Positions 46,988 through 56,727 are shown, counted from the first letter of the stretch. The stretch is DNA of 64,000 bases from Frankiales bacterium (GCA_033851265.1 JAWWOW010000025.1:79386-143385); one strand, 5' to 3'. Made by a program: numbers and translations. Notes: a model not told the origin generated them from the sequence alone.

Positions 46988-48241
46988 ATGCGAACCGTCC
47001 GAGTGCTCATCGCTGCCGCGTTGGTTGCGCTGCTGGCGTCGTCGGCAGCGGCCAACCCTTACGGGACGGCGAGGACGCCGCGACCGACCGTGCCAATCGG
47101 TTTCGCCGTGAGCACCGCGACCGTCGTCGACGCTCCAACGTCGCTGGCGTTCGCGCCTGACGGCCGCACGCTCTACGTCGCCACTGCGATCAGCGAAGTA
47201 TGGGCGTTCCCCGTCATCGCCGGCGGACGTGCGCTCGGTGCGCCACGCGTCTTCCTGGGCAACCTCGACCAGCCGTTAGGTGTGCTCGCCACATCGCAGG
47301 GCGTGTTCGTTTCGGAGCACATGACTGACTCTGACCCGGCGCTGGGTCAGGTCCTCCGAGCTGTTGACCGTGACGGCAACGGAAAGGCCGACTCGGTCAC
47401 CACTGTGCTGAGCCATCTGCCGGTCGGCATCCACGCAACCAACGGGTTGGCGCTGGGCCGGGACGGCATGCTCTACATCGCGAACGGCAGCTCGAATTAC
47501 ACCGGCTTTGGCGCCGAGGGCGGCCCGCCGATGACCCGGCCGTACTCCGGCAGCATCCTGCGCGTCCCACCGTCGGCATCCAATCTCCGACCGACGCCGA
47601 GCATGGTGGTGGCGACCGGGTTCCGGAACCCGTACGACATTGCCTTCTTCCCGCGCAACCATCCTGCGGTGAACCCAGGCCAGGACCTGGCCGCCGTGAC
47701 GATGAACGGACCCGACGGCGGCACGTACGACGGCCACTACCGGCCGCTCGGTGAGGACACGCTCAGCGTCTTCGACGTCGCGAACGCCCCCAACGGACCA
47801 GGTCCCGTCGAGCATTTCGGTTTTCCGTTCTGCCTCTACGACCGGGCGAAGGGCGGCCTGAGCGGTTTCACTCAGGCGCCCGAACGCGGACCGTGCAACC
47901 CGCTACCGACCAAGGCGTACGCCGGTATCCCCGGCCCTGCAGTGCAGGCGAAGCCGTCCGTCCTGTTCGGCATGAATGTCAGCTCCGACGGGCTGGCCTT
48001 CAACAACGGTAAGAACTTCCCTCGCGCTTACGACAATGACTTGTTCGTCGCGGAGTGGGGAACAGCCGGCACGCGCGGGCACAAGGTCGTGCGCGTCCGG
48101 TATGACAAGGCGGGCACGGTCGCATCCGTCAACGACTTCATGTCCGGCGTACTCCCGCTCGATCTCACGTTCGCGCCCGACGGCGCGCTGTGGGTCGCGG
48201 ACATGGCCGGTCAGATCTACCGGGTCGCCACGATCCGCTAG
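46988..48241 (+). CDS. Secreted beta-propeller protein, PQQ-dependent sugar dehydrogenase (SGDH)-like
   Basis: Signal peptide MRTVRVLIAAALVALLASSAAA, plus repeated propeller blades (LAFAPDGRTLYVA, GLALGRDGMLYIANG, LTFAPDGALWVADMAGQIYRV). Confidence 0.6.
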   Translation: MRTVRVLIAAALVALLASSAAANPYGTARTPRPTVPIGFAVSTATVVDAPTSLAFAPDGRTLYVATAISEVWAFPVIAGGRALGAPRVFLGNLDQPLGVLATSQGVFVSEHMTDSDPALGQVLRAVDRDGNGKADSVTTVLSHLPVGIHATNGLALGRDGMLYIANGSSNYTGFGAEGGPPMTRPYSGSILRVPPSASNLRPTPSMVVATGFRNPYDIAFFPRNHPAVNPGQDLAAVTMNGPDGGTYDGHYRPLGEDTLSVFDVANAPNGPGPVEHFGFPFCLYDRAKGGLSGFTQAPERGPCNPLPTKAYAGIPGPAVQAKPSVLFGMNVSSDGLAFNNGKNFPRAYDNDLFVAEWGTAGTRGHKVVRVRYDKAGTVASVNDFMSGVLPLDLTFAPDGALWVADMAGQIYRVATIR

Positions 48242-48242
48242 C

Positions 48243-49130
48243 TCAGCTCTCGGGGACCTCGGTGTCCAAGCAGGCGATGAGCGTGTCGATCGCGGCCGTC
48301 TTACAGAACGCGACCTTCGCGACATCGCCGGTGAACTGATCGGTGTTGTACCGCTGTCCAGGTAACGGGTACTTGTTCGCGACGCTGAGGTATTGCGACG
48401 ACGTCATCGAGCCGGGACGTGTGATGAGGAACGTGTTCACCGTCGTCACGTTGCCGTTGACCGCGTCGAGCTTCGTGGTCTGAAGCGTGAGCGTCGCCTG
48501 GCCCGTCAGCGGGTCCGGACCCTTGAAGCACTTCACGGCGTACGTCGCGCCGTTGACCAGCGCCTGAGTCCCACGCTTGGGCAGGTCGGAGTTTGTCGAG
48601 TTGGCGCCGACCATGCGGCACTCGGTGAACACCGCAGTCTTACTGCCGGCACAGCTGGACAGTTGCATCTTCAACTGGGTGAGCCCGCTACCGAACCGGC
48701 CGATCTGCGCAACGTTGTGGGAGTCGCCGAAGCAAGCGCCACTGGTCGGAGCTTCATAGCGGAACTTGACCGCGCCACCGACGGCGTCGCTTGCCGCAGC
48801 GGACAGCGTCGGACCGCTCGCGGGCTTCGCGAAGGCGACCGATCGTTTGGAGACCTTGTCGCCGATGAAGTGCACGCCGACGGTCGATGGCGCCCAGGCG
48901 CCGAAGAGACTGAGACGTACGGCGCTGTTCGCTTCGGCGCCGTTGGCCACCGGTGTGGTGGTGACGCCGGTGAGGTCGTAGCTATAGACGCTGCCCACGG
49001 TGGGCGCCGCCGAACTTGATCCCGCTAAGAACGGAACGAGCGGGGAAACGGAAACGAGGGCGACGATGACGGCTCCGCGTCGCAGTCGTACTGCTCGCTG
49101 AGCCACGACCATCACCCCCGTTTTCCGCAC
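48243..49130 (-). CDS. Secreted hypothetical protein (Cys-containing beta-rich domain)
   Basis: A signal peptide (…VIVALVSVSPLVPFLAGSSSAAP) is followed by a Thr/Gly-rich domain with 6 Cys. Confidence 0.5.
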   Translation of the reverse strand: MRKTGVMVVAQRAVRLRRGAVIVALVSVSPLVPFLAGSSSAAPTVGSVYSYDLTGVTTTPVANGAEANSAVRLSLFGAWAPSTVGVHFIGDKVSKRSVAFAKPASGPTLSAAASDAVGGAVKFRYEAPTSGACFGDSHNVAQIGRFGSGLTQLKMQLSSCAGSKTAVFTECRMVGANSTNSDLPKRGTQALVNGATYAVKCFKGPDPLTGQATLTLQTTKLDAVNGNVTTVNTFLITRPGSMTSSQYLSVANKYPLPGQRYNTDQFTGDVAKVAFCKTAAIDTLIACLDTEVPES

Positions 49131-49322
49131 CGTATCTGGTTGCTGCGGGTGGAGTTGGCCAATCAGATAATCGGCCCTGTTGTTGGCAGAGTGATTGGTG
49201 GGACATTCTTCTCGACCGCCTTGATGGTGCGGTTCACGTTCTGGCCCAATGGCACGTCCGATGCCTCACCGCCGTTCCCCGTCTTGCCGTGCGCGAAGTT
49301 AGCGCCACCTAGGATCGAATTG

Positions 49323-50150
49323 ATGTCGAGTGACCGCCACGGCTTGCAACGGCGCCGCCGTAGGACCGCGACCGGGACGATCCTTGCCGTCCTCGCTGTC
49401 ATCGCTGCGTTGGTGCTGTCCTATGTGATCGTCGGGCACGGCAAGCCGAAGAGCGGTGTGCCGCGAGCGGCAGCGCCGGCGTCAGTGGTGTCGGCAGTGA
49501 CCGGCGTACCGGTCTCGGCGCTCGACTCCATCGGAGCCGGCAAGGCCGAGGCCGACCCCGCCGATCTCACCGGGCAGAACCTGCCGTCCGGGGGTAAGCC
49601 GCAAGTGCTCTACATCGGCGCCGAGTGGTGCCCGTTCTGCGCGGCTGAGCGGTGGCCGATGGTGATCGCACTGGCGCGCTTCGGGTCCTTCTCCGGTCTT
49701 GCCACGACGGAGTCGAGCCCGAGCGACAGCTATCCACGTACGCCGACGTTCACCTTCTACGGCGCGACGTACACGAGTCAGTACCTCGATTTCGTCGCGC
49801 GCGAGGCGTACTCGAACCAAGTCGTGAACGGTCAGTACGCGTTGCTCGACCGGTTGACCTCGACCGAGAAGTCGTTGTTCGCCAAGGGCGGTGGGGGCTT
49901 CCCCTATCTGAACGTCGGGGGCAAGTATCGCGTCGGAGTGCAGTACTCGCCCGACGTCCTCAAGGGCAAGACGCTCGAGCAAATTGCGGCCGCGCTGTCC
50001 GACCCTGCGAATCCGATCGCCAAAGCGATTGACGGGTCGGCCAACATCCTGACCGCGGCGCTGTGCGCAATAACCGGTGAACAGCCGGCGGCTGTCTGCA
50101 GCAGTCCAACGATCACAGGTCTGAAGAAACGCGTCGGTGCCAAGAACTGA
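49323..50150 (+). CDS. DUF929-like membrane-anchored thioredoxin-fold protein (DsbA-like partner of VKOR)
   Basis: An N-terminal TM (ILAVLAVIAALVLSYVIV) is followed by the thioredoxin-like active site EWCPFCAAERW (CxxC). Confidence 0.7.
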   Translation: MSSDRHGLQRRRRRTATGTILAVLAVIAALVLSYVIVGHGKPKSGVPRAAAPASVVSAVTGVPVSALDSIGAGKAEADPADLTGQNLPSGGKPQVLYIGAEWCPFCAAERWPMVIALARFGSFSGLATTESSPSDSYPRTPTFTFYGATYTSQYLDFVAREAYSNQVVNGQYALLDRLTSTEKSLFAKGGGGFPYLNVGGKYRVGVQYSPDVLKGKTLEQIAAALSDPANPIAKAIDGSANILTAALCAITGEQPAAVCSSPTITGLKKRVGAKN

Positions 50151-50625
50151 CGCCCACGTCCACCAGGTCTGGCCGCCGCGATGGGCGATGGTCACCAGCC
50201 TCGCGCTCAGCGTCGTCGGGCTCGGCGTTGCGGCGTACCTCACGTATGCGCACTACGGGGACAGTGGCGTGCTCGCATGCCCGGACAGCGGCACCGTCAA
50301 CTGCGCGAAGGTGATGACGAGCACCCAGTCGGAGTTGTTCGGTGTATTGCCCGTGGCAGTGCTCGGGCTCGCGTACTTCGTCGTGATGCTCGCGTTGTGC
50401 CTGCCGATCGCGTGGCGGAGCGCTGTCGCGCTGACTCATCGGCTGCGAATCGCGGGTGCCCTCGTCGGGGTCGGATTGGTCAGCTACCTGCTGTACGCCG
50501 AGTTGTTCCAGATCAAGGCGATCTGCCTCTACTGCACCGCTGTCCACGTCGTCACCGTGCTGCTATTCGTCGTCATCGTGGCCGCTGACGTCGGTCGGGG
50601 TCTGACGGCCCCCTCGTCGGGGTAG
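50137..50625 (+). CDS. Vitamin K epoxide reductase (VKOR) family protein
   Basis: A 4-TM protein with a loop Cys pair (ACPDSG...NCAKV) and the active-site CLYC motif (KAICLYCTAVH). Its start overlaps the end of the DUF929 gene. Confidence 0.75.
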   Translation: MPRTDAHVHQVWPPRWAMVTSLALSVVGLGVAAYLTYAHYGDSGVLACPDSGTVNCAKVMTSTQSELFGVLPVAVLGLAYFVVMLALCLPIAWRSAVALTHRLRIAGALVGVGLVSYLLYAELFQIKAICLYCTAVHVVTVLLFVVIVAADVGRGLTAPSSG

Positions 50626-50634
50626 TGGGCTGTC

Positions 50635-50925
50635 ATGGAACTCACGCTCCGGTTCACGTTCGACGATCCGACGGCCAAGCGGCAGCGCACCTTCACGCTT
50701 GACGTCGACCGCCCCTATCCCGGCATCCCACGCGTCGGCGAGGCCGTCGTGCCCGACAAGGCCGGCCAGCTGGCGCCGCGACGAGTCAGTCGGGTCGTCT
50801 ACAACCCGGACGGCACGCTGATCCTCGATCTCGACCTCGACGCACCCGCGGACAACCCGGAGGCGCAGGTCATGGCCCTCGAGACTGTCGGCTTCGAAGA
50901 GCAAGACCCGATCAAGCTCCTCTGA
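50635..50925 (+). CDS. Small hypothetical protein
   Basis: A 96 aa ORF immediately after the VKOR gene. Confidence 0.35.
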   Translation: MELTLRFTFDDPTAKRQRTFTLDVDRPYPGIPRVGEAVVPDKAGQLAPRRVSRVVYNPDGTLILDLDLDAPADNPEAQVMALETVGFEEQDPIKLL

Positions 50926-51036
50926 CCGCGTCGGGCCTCACGTTGCCACCGGCCGCGTCGCTTTCGGAGCAAAAACCGACGCCGTAGATGTCAACGCGGA
51001 GCCAAGCCCCTCTTCGCTGCTGCATTTGCCTTTGAC

Positions 51037-52152
51037 TTAGGGGGCGACGGACATCAAGTCGGCGAAGCCGGTCGGATCGTGGCGTCCGACAGAGGCGTGT
51101 TCGAACAATCCCCAGCCTTCGGAACCATTGATCCGCGCGCGAGCGACGTGGTCGCTGACACCGAACGGAATTCGGCCGGCGACAGCGGGGTCGGTCAGAT
51201 CGAAGACCTTGCCTTCCGCCCAGTTGCGACCCATCCATTGACCGTGTGCCCACTCCGGGTCGCCGCCGTACCCGCATCCGACGTGCAGCGCGATAGACCC
51301 GAGTGTGTCGATCTCGATCGTCAGCGGCTTGCCGTCGGGCTCGGTCAGGTGAATGCGCGCGTGCTCCGGGTGCCGAGTGCCTGAGCGGTAGTCGAAGTCC
51401 ACCCGCGGCCAGCCGAGCTGCTCGATGCGCCCGTCAGGCCAGATGCGCGTCGCGTCGTTGAGCGTGCGGAAGCCGTCAGCGAGCTCTTGCACGATGAGAA
51501 CGATCGCGAAGTCGTCGAAGCGCAACGGCACGTAGAGCCACCAGAACCCGATCGTCGGGTCGTCCGGCGGACGTCCGGGCGGCTCGGCGTCACCGGTCGG
51601 GCGGATGCCCCACGATCGGTCGCGCGAGCCCAGCCAGGTGTCGGGGGTGACCGCGATCGAGTCGCCATCGACGCGCAGTTCACCGGTCCATGAGCCGAGC
51701 TGCGCGAACCGCGACGTGTTGAGGATCGACCGCGTCGGACCTTGCCGGATGTAGTGACGCTGCTCATCGACCGCCGGGAATGACCCGTCCCAGGTCAGGT
51801 CGAACCCGATCCCGTGGTCATCGGCCTCGCAAACGATGCGTACGCGCTGTAGCGGTTCGAGGATCTCGACGCGATAGGGGCCCACGTGCTGGTTCAGCCG
51901 GTCGTCCTTGTCCGTGTCATAGGCGTCGGAGAGTCGGACGACCCACTGCCGATCGCCGCGCTTGACAGTCGCGTAGGCGTCGCGCACGCCGTAGTGCGGA
52001 TAGAAGCCCATGCCGGAGATGAAAAAGATGTCACCCGTGCGGTCGTGTGCGTTGAAGTAGTTGCGGTCATAGAAGTTGCGGTCGCTCGTCCCGACGTACC
52101 GCATCGAGAGCGGCGTCTGGTGAATCGGGAACTCATCCAAGGGCACGGGCAT
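51037..52152 (-). CDS. Conserved hypothetical protein (~371 aa)
   Basis: Starts MPVPLDEFPIHQTPLSMRYVGTSDRNFYDRNYFN; coding-like composition; overlaps the upstream phosphotransferase gene by 8 nt. Confidence 0.5.
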   Translation of the reverse strand: MPVPLDEFPIHQTPLSMRYVGTSDRNFYDRNYFNAHDRTGDIFFISGMGFYPHYGVRDAYATVKRGDRQWVVRLSDAYDTDKDDRLNQHVGPYRVEILEPLQRVRIVCEADDHGIGFDLTWDGSFPAVDEQRHYIRQGPTRSILNTSRFAQLGSWTGELRVDGDSIAVTPDTWLGSRDRSWGIRPTGDAEPPGRPPDDPTIGFWWLYVPLRFDDFAIVLIVQELADGFRTLNDATRIWPDGRIEQLGWPRVDFDYRSGTRHPEHARIHLTEPDGKPLTIEIDTLGSIALHVGCGYGGDPEWAHGQWMGRNWAEGKVFDLTDPAVAGRIPFGVSDHVARARINGSEGWGLFEHASVGRHDPTGFADLMSVAP

Positions 52153-52159
52153 GACGACC

Positions 52160-53317
52160 TCAGTCCCAGTAGGTGCCGGCGAGCATCCGCTCGAGCGGCG
52201 CACGATTCATGATCAGCTCATCGATGTCGTCGGGCGCTTCCCGCTCACCAAAATGAATCGAGCGAGCACCCGTTCGCAGGAAGACAATCGCGTACGCCAC
52301 GGCGGCATACGCCATGTAGAACTGCAAGTCGCGCGGCGCATAGCCGGTCAGCTTCTCGTACGTCGTCGCAACGTCTTCCGGTCGCAAGAAGTCCGGCATA
52401 CCGGGGAGCCCGTAGCCGTTGGCGATGTCCTCGAAGACGCGGTGACCGTAAAGGAGCCACGACACATCGAGCTCGCGCGGACCGATGCCGACCATCTCCC
52501 AGTCCAGGATGGCGACCGGGCCGAAGTCGCGGTACATCGCGTTACCGATGCGCGAGTCGCCCCAACTGATGACCGGGTCGCCCTCGTCGGACGGCCAGTG
52601 CTCGTCCAACCAGTCAAACGCCTGCTCTACGAGCGGTGACCGACCTCCGCTTGCGGCCACGTAGTCGTACCAGGCGCGGCGATTTGCGACGTGACGCCGC
52701 AACGCGGTGTCACCGGGCACGTCGTACTGCAGAAATGCGAACCGCTCGTCTGTTGCGTCGAGCGTGTGCAACTCGGCGAGCACCGACACCGTGTTGTCCT
52801 GCAATCGGCGCTGGTCCTCCGCCGAGGCTGTGTAGAACCAGTTATCGCCGCCGAAGTTGTACGGCATCACGTCCGGCGGCACCTCGCCGTCCACGCGGTC
52901 CATGACGAAGAACGGCGTACCGATCGCATCGGGTGTCGTCTCCAGCCAGCGCACCCGCGGCACTGGCACTGAGGTGAGCTCACCGACCAACTTGATGATG
53001 TTGAACTGCGTCTCCATCTCGTACGACGGAAACACGGGTACGTCGGCAGCGTCGGGAGCGAGCCGGGCAACGAGCCGCTCGTCGTGCTTGGTGTCGTCCT
53101 CAGTCCAGGCTGCCGTCAACAACACCGTCTCACTCGACATACCGGTCGCCGTCGTCGCACCGATGTCGGACACCGTCGCATCCGAGCCGACGCGTGCACT
53201 CAGCCATGACTCGAGCCGCTGACGCAGCGCTTCGGGGTCACGACTGGTGCGATGCATCTCCGGCATCTCCGGCGGCCCAGTGTCACCAGGCGTAGCGCCA
53301 CCATCCTGCGTTGTCAT
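52160..53317 (-). CDS. Phosphotransferase family protein (APH/ChoK-like kinase fold)
   Basis: Brenner/APH-like motifs VISWGDSRIGNAMYRD and LDWEMVGIGPRELDVSW. The start at MTTQDGG overlaps the PPOX stop (ATGA). Confidence 0.7.
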   Translation of the reverse strand: MTTQDGGATPGDTGPPEMPEMHRTSRDPEALRQRLESWLSARVGSDATVSDIGATTATGMSSETVLLTAAWTEDDTKHDERLVARLAPDAADVPVFPSYEMETQFNIIKLVGELTSVPVPRVRWLETTPDAIGTPFFVMDRVDGEVPPDVMPYNFGGDNWFYTASAEDQRRLQDNTVSVLAELHTLDATDERFAFLQYDVPGDTALRRHVANRRAWYDYVAASGGRSPLVEQAFDWLDEHWPSDEGDPVISWGDSRIGNAMYRDFGPVAILDWEMVGIGPRELDVSWLLYGHRVFEDIANGYGLPGMPDFLRPEDVATTYEKLTGYAPRDLQFYMAYAAVAYAIVFLRTGARSIHFGEREAPDDIDELIMNRAPLERMLAGTYWD

Positions 53318-53838
53318 CACGCCTCCGGAGGCCGCATCGGCGGCAGGCCTAACTTGCGGTGGTCCCACGAGATCGTCCGCTCGGGATGCACCTTAATGAC
53401 AACCCGCTTGTGCAGCATCGTCTCCACGAAGGGCTTCAGCTCTTCGGAGTACGGGCCGTTGTAGCGCTCGAACAAGTTCACGCCGAGCTCCCACATGCGA
53501 TCAGGATCCTCGACGATCTCGGCCTTACCTTCGATGGAAACACCGCGCAGCTCGTCGTAGTAGTCGCCGTCCTCAGCGATGACGGTGATGTGCGGGTCGC
53601 GGCGGAGGTTCACTACTTTCTGCGCCTTCGCCTTGCTCTCCAGCCCGATGCAGCCTTCGAGGAAGCCGTACCACATGCCGACCGCATGGATGGCTCCGTC
53701 GGGCCGCACGGTGCACATCACGCAGGGGCGACGGGCCGCGAGGAACTCATCGATTTCGTCCGGGGTCATGGTGATCTGCGACCGTTGGTTCTGGCCATGC
53801 CCCATGGCCTTTCCTGCCTGATCGGCCGGTTCTGCCAT
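53317..53838 (-). CDS. PPOX-class (pyridoxamine 5'-phosphate oxidase-like) probable F420-dependent oxidoreductase; start uncertain
   Basis: MTPDEIDEFLAARRPCVMCTVRPDGAIHAVGMWYGF...KRVVIKVHPERTISWD is the typical PPOX split-barrel pattern. Confidence 0.65.
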   Translation of the reverse strand: MAEPADQAGKAMGHGQNQRSQITMTPDEIDEFLAARRPCVMCTVRPDGAIHAVGMWYGFLEGCIGLESKAKAQKVVNLRRDPHITVIAEDGDYYDELRGVSIEGKAEIVEDPDRMWELGVNLFERYNGPYSEELKPFVETMLHKRVVIKVHPERTISWDHRKLGLPPMRPPEA

Positions 53839-53893
53839 CGACGCCCGTCCCTCCCGTGGTTGCCGCCCCCGCCGGAGAGGGTACGAGGCGGCC

Positions 53894-54952
53894 GTGCCCC
53901 GGCTTCGTCGTGTGGACTGCGCCGGCCCCGGACTCGCACGTGTGCGCCGTGGCCGTGGGTTCAGCTATGTCGACGAGGACGGTCGGCCGGTCAAGGACCC
54001 GGACGTCCTTCAGCGCATCAAGGCCCTCGCCATCCCGCCCGCCTGGAACGACGTCTGGATCTGCTCGGCGCCCAACGGCCATATCCAGGCGATTGGGACC
54101 GACGCCGCGGGGCGTCGTCAATATCGCTACCACGACCAGTGGCGGGTCCAGCGCGACGCCGCGAAGCACGACCGGGTGCTGGAGTTCGCTGCTCGGCTCA
54201 CGGACGCGCGCGAGGACTCCGCCGCCCACCTCTCGCTCGACGGCATGCCTCGGGAACGGGCGTTGGCGACGGCCTTCCACCTGCTGGACATCGGGTTCTT
54301 CCGGATCGGCGGGGAGGAGTACGCCGAGAAGAACGAGACGTTCGGGCTCGCGACGATCCGCCGCGATCACGTGACCGTGTCACGCGACGGTGTCATCACG
54401 TTCGACTTCGTCGCCAAACACAACAAGCAGACGGTGCGCACGATCGCGCAGCCGGAGGTTTGTGAGGCGGTCCGCGTGCTGAAGCGTCGCCGCGGCGGGG
54501 GAGACGAGCTGCTCGCCTACCGGGGCCCGAAGGGCTGGGTCGACATCAAGAGCACCGACATCAATGAGTACCTCCGCGAGCTGCTCGGCCCGGACATCGA
54601 GGCATCGGCCAAGGACTTCCGGACCTGGCACGCCACCGTGCTCATGGCGGTGGGGCTGGCCGTGTCCACATCGGCGCCCACGTCGACGACCGCGCGCCGG
54701 CGCGCGGTCAACCGGGCGCTTGGCGAGGTTGCGCACTATCTCGGCAACACTCCAGCGATCTGCCGATCGTCGTACGTCGATCCCCGGGTCATCGACTACT
54801 ACGACGGCGGCGTCACCATCGCCGCGGCCCTCGGCAAACTCGGTGCCGACCTCGACATCGGACAACCCGCCACCCGGGGCGCTGCCGAAACGGCGGTTCT
54901 GCAGATGCTTCGGGGAGGCGCCTCATCGGCACAGCGCCGTCGCGCCAGTTGA
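53894..54952 (+). CDS. Type IB DNA topoisomerase (poxvirus-like TopIB)
   Basis: The N-terminal domain (RRGRGFSYVDEDGRPVKDPDVLQRIKALAIPPAWNDVWIC) and the catalytic region with RTWHAT and active-site Tyr context (CRSSYVDPRV) match bacterial TopIB. The start is GTG. Confidence 0.8.
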   Translation: MPRLRRVDCAGPGLARVRRGRGFSYVDEDGRPVKDPDVLQRIKALAIPPAWNDVWICSAPNGHIQAIGTDAAGRRQYRYHDQWRVQRDAAKHDRVLEFAARLTDAREDSAAHLSLDGMPRERALATAFHLLDIGFFRIGGEEYAEKNETFGLATIRRDHVTVSRDGVITFDFVAKHNKQTVRTIAQPEVCEAVRVLKRRRGGGDELLAYRGPKGWVDIKSTDINEYLRELLGPDIEASAKDFRTWHATVLMAVGLAVSTSAPTSTTARRRAVNRALGEVAHYLGNTPAICRSSYVDPRVIDYYDGGVTIAAALGKLGADLDIGQPATRGAAETAVLQMLRGGASSAQRRRAS

Positions 54953-55066
54953 TGTCCGAATTGAGGTTTGAGACACCCCCGTTGACAGCGAGCGCCGTGC
55001 GCGGTCGGGTGGCCCTGATACCGGATCAGGTCGGGGTCCGGTCAACCTCTGGAGGCGACGGGGCGG

Positions 55067-55840
55067 ATGGCTAACCCTGCGGGAGCCGTCCTCCGCGAGA
55101 CTGGCAGTTTCGCGGCAATGTCGCTCGACACCTTCCGAGCGATGTTCAAGTGGCCGTTCCAGTGGCGGGAGTTCCTCCAGCAATGCTGGTTCGTCGCCAG
55201 CGTCTCGATCCTGCCGACGACGCTCGTCGCGATCCCGTTCGGCGCGATCATCGCGCTGCAGGTCGGTGGGTTGGTGCGCCAACTCGGCGCGCAGTCGCTC
55301 AACGGCGGCGCTTCTGTCATCGCGGTCGTCCGCGAGGCCGGTCCGATCGTCACCGCGCTGCTGATTGCGGGCGCTGCCGGCTCGGCGATCTGCGCTGATC
55401 TGGGTGCGCGCAAGATCCGTGACGAGATCGACGCGATGGAGGTCCTCGGCATCAACGCGCTGCACCGGCTCGTAGTGCCCCGCGTGCTCGCGACGATGGT
55501 CGTCTCGGTGCTGCTCAACGGCCTCGTCTCGGTGGTCGGCGTCGCCGGCGGCTACTTCTTCTCGGTGGTGGTTCAACATGGATCACCAGGGCCTTACCTT
55601 GCGTCGTTCACACAGCTGGCGCAGTTACCCGACCTCATACAGGCGGAGATCAAGGCCGTGATCTTCGGTCTGGTGGCGGGTCTCGTCGCGTCGTACAAGG
55701 GACTGACCGCCGGAGGTGGCCCGAAGGGCGTCGGCGATGCGGTCAACCAGTCGGTCGTCTTCACGTTCATGCTGCTGTTCGTCATCAACTTCGTGGCCAG
55801 CTCGGTGTACGCCGCGGTCGTGCCTCAGAAGGGCATCTAA
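55067..55840 (+). CDS. yrbEA: Mce-associated ABC permease YrbE/MlaE family (YrbEA)
   Basis: A 257 aa permease with ~5 TM; first gene of the mce operon. Confidence 0.85.
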   Translation: MANPAGAVLRETGSFAAMSLDTFRAMFKWPFQWREFLQQCWFVASVSILPTTLVAIPFGAIIALQVGGLVRQLGAQSLNGGASVIAVVREAGPIVTALLIAGAAGSAICADLGARKIRDEIDAMEVLGINALHRLVVPRVLATMVVSVLLNGLVSVVGVAGGYFFSVVVQHGSPGPYLASFTQLAQLPDLIQAEIKAVIFGLVAGLVASYKGLTAGGGPKGVGDAVNQSVVFTFMLLFVINFVASSVYAAVVPQKGI

Positions 55841-56721
55841 TGGCTCGGCACGCGATCGAGTCACCGGGGATCGGCGTGCGCCTGGCCGCACCGTTGCGGT
55901 TCTTGTTCGGTTTGTTCCAACGAGTTGTCGACCTGCTTGACGAGGTCGGGCACCAGCTCGCGTTCTACGCGCGCAGTTTCACATCGATTCCCCGGGTCTT
56001 CCGCCTCTATAAGAAAGAAGTGCTCCGCCTGCTGTCGGAGGTGGCTTTCGGCACCGGCGCACTCGCGGTCATCGGTGGGACGGTCGTCATCGTCTCGTTC
56101 ATGACGTTCTTCACCGGGCTCGAAGTCGGCCAGCAGGGCTACCACTCACTGAACGCCTTGGGCGCGTCGGTCTACACCGGCTTTGTCTCTGCGTACTTCA
56201 ACACCCGCGAGCTCGCCCCGCTGATCGCAGCGATCGCGCTGTCGGCCACAGTTGGCTGCGGGTTCACAGCTCAGCTCGGCGCCATGCGCATCAACGAAGA
56301 GATCGACGCGCTCGAGGCGATCGCGGTACGACCCGTTCCCTACCTCGTCACCACGCGGCTCATCGCGGGCTTCACGGCGGTCATCCCGCTCTACGTGATG
56401 GGCCTGCTCGCGTCGTACGTCGCAACGCAGTTGATCACGACGCTGCTGTTCCACCAGTCGACCGGGACCTACAGCCACTACTTCAACACGCTGCTCTTGC
56501 CGCAAGACGTGCTCTGGTCATTCGGCAAGGCGCTCGTGTTCGCGACCATCATCATCCTGGCGCACTGTCACTACGGCTTCCAGGCGTCCGGCGGCCCGGC
56601 GGGCGTCGGGCAGGCCGTGGGGCGCGCCGTGCGCATGAGCATCACCACCGTCGTCATTGTTGACCTCTTCCTCGACCTAGCGATCTACGGATCGTCGGTC
56701 ACGGTCCGGATCGCCGGATAG
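55840..56721 (+). CDS. yrbEB: Mce-associated ABC permease YrbE/MlaE family (YrbEB)
   Basis: A 293 aa permease whose start overlaps the YrbEA stop. Confidence 0.85.
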   Translation: MARHAIESPGIGVRLAAPLRFLFGLFQRVVDLLDEVGHQLAFYARSFTSIPRVFRLYKKEVLRLLSEVAFGTGALAVIGGTVVIVSFMTFFTGLEVGQQGYHSLNALGASVYTGFVSAYFNTRELAPLIAAIALSATVGCGFTAQLGAMRINEEIDALEAIAVRPVPYLVTTRLIAGFTAVIPLYVMGLLASYVATQLITTLLFHQSTGTYSHYFNTLLLPQDVLWSFGKALVFATIIILAHCHYGFQASGGPAGVGQAVGRAVRMSITTVVIVDLFLDLAIYGSSVTVRIAG

Positions 56722-56727
56722 CAGGCC

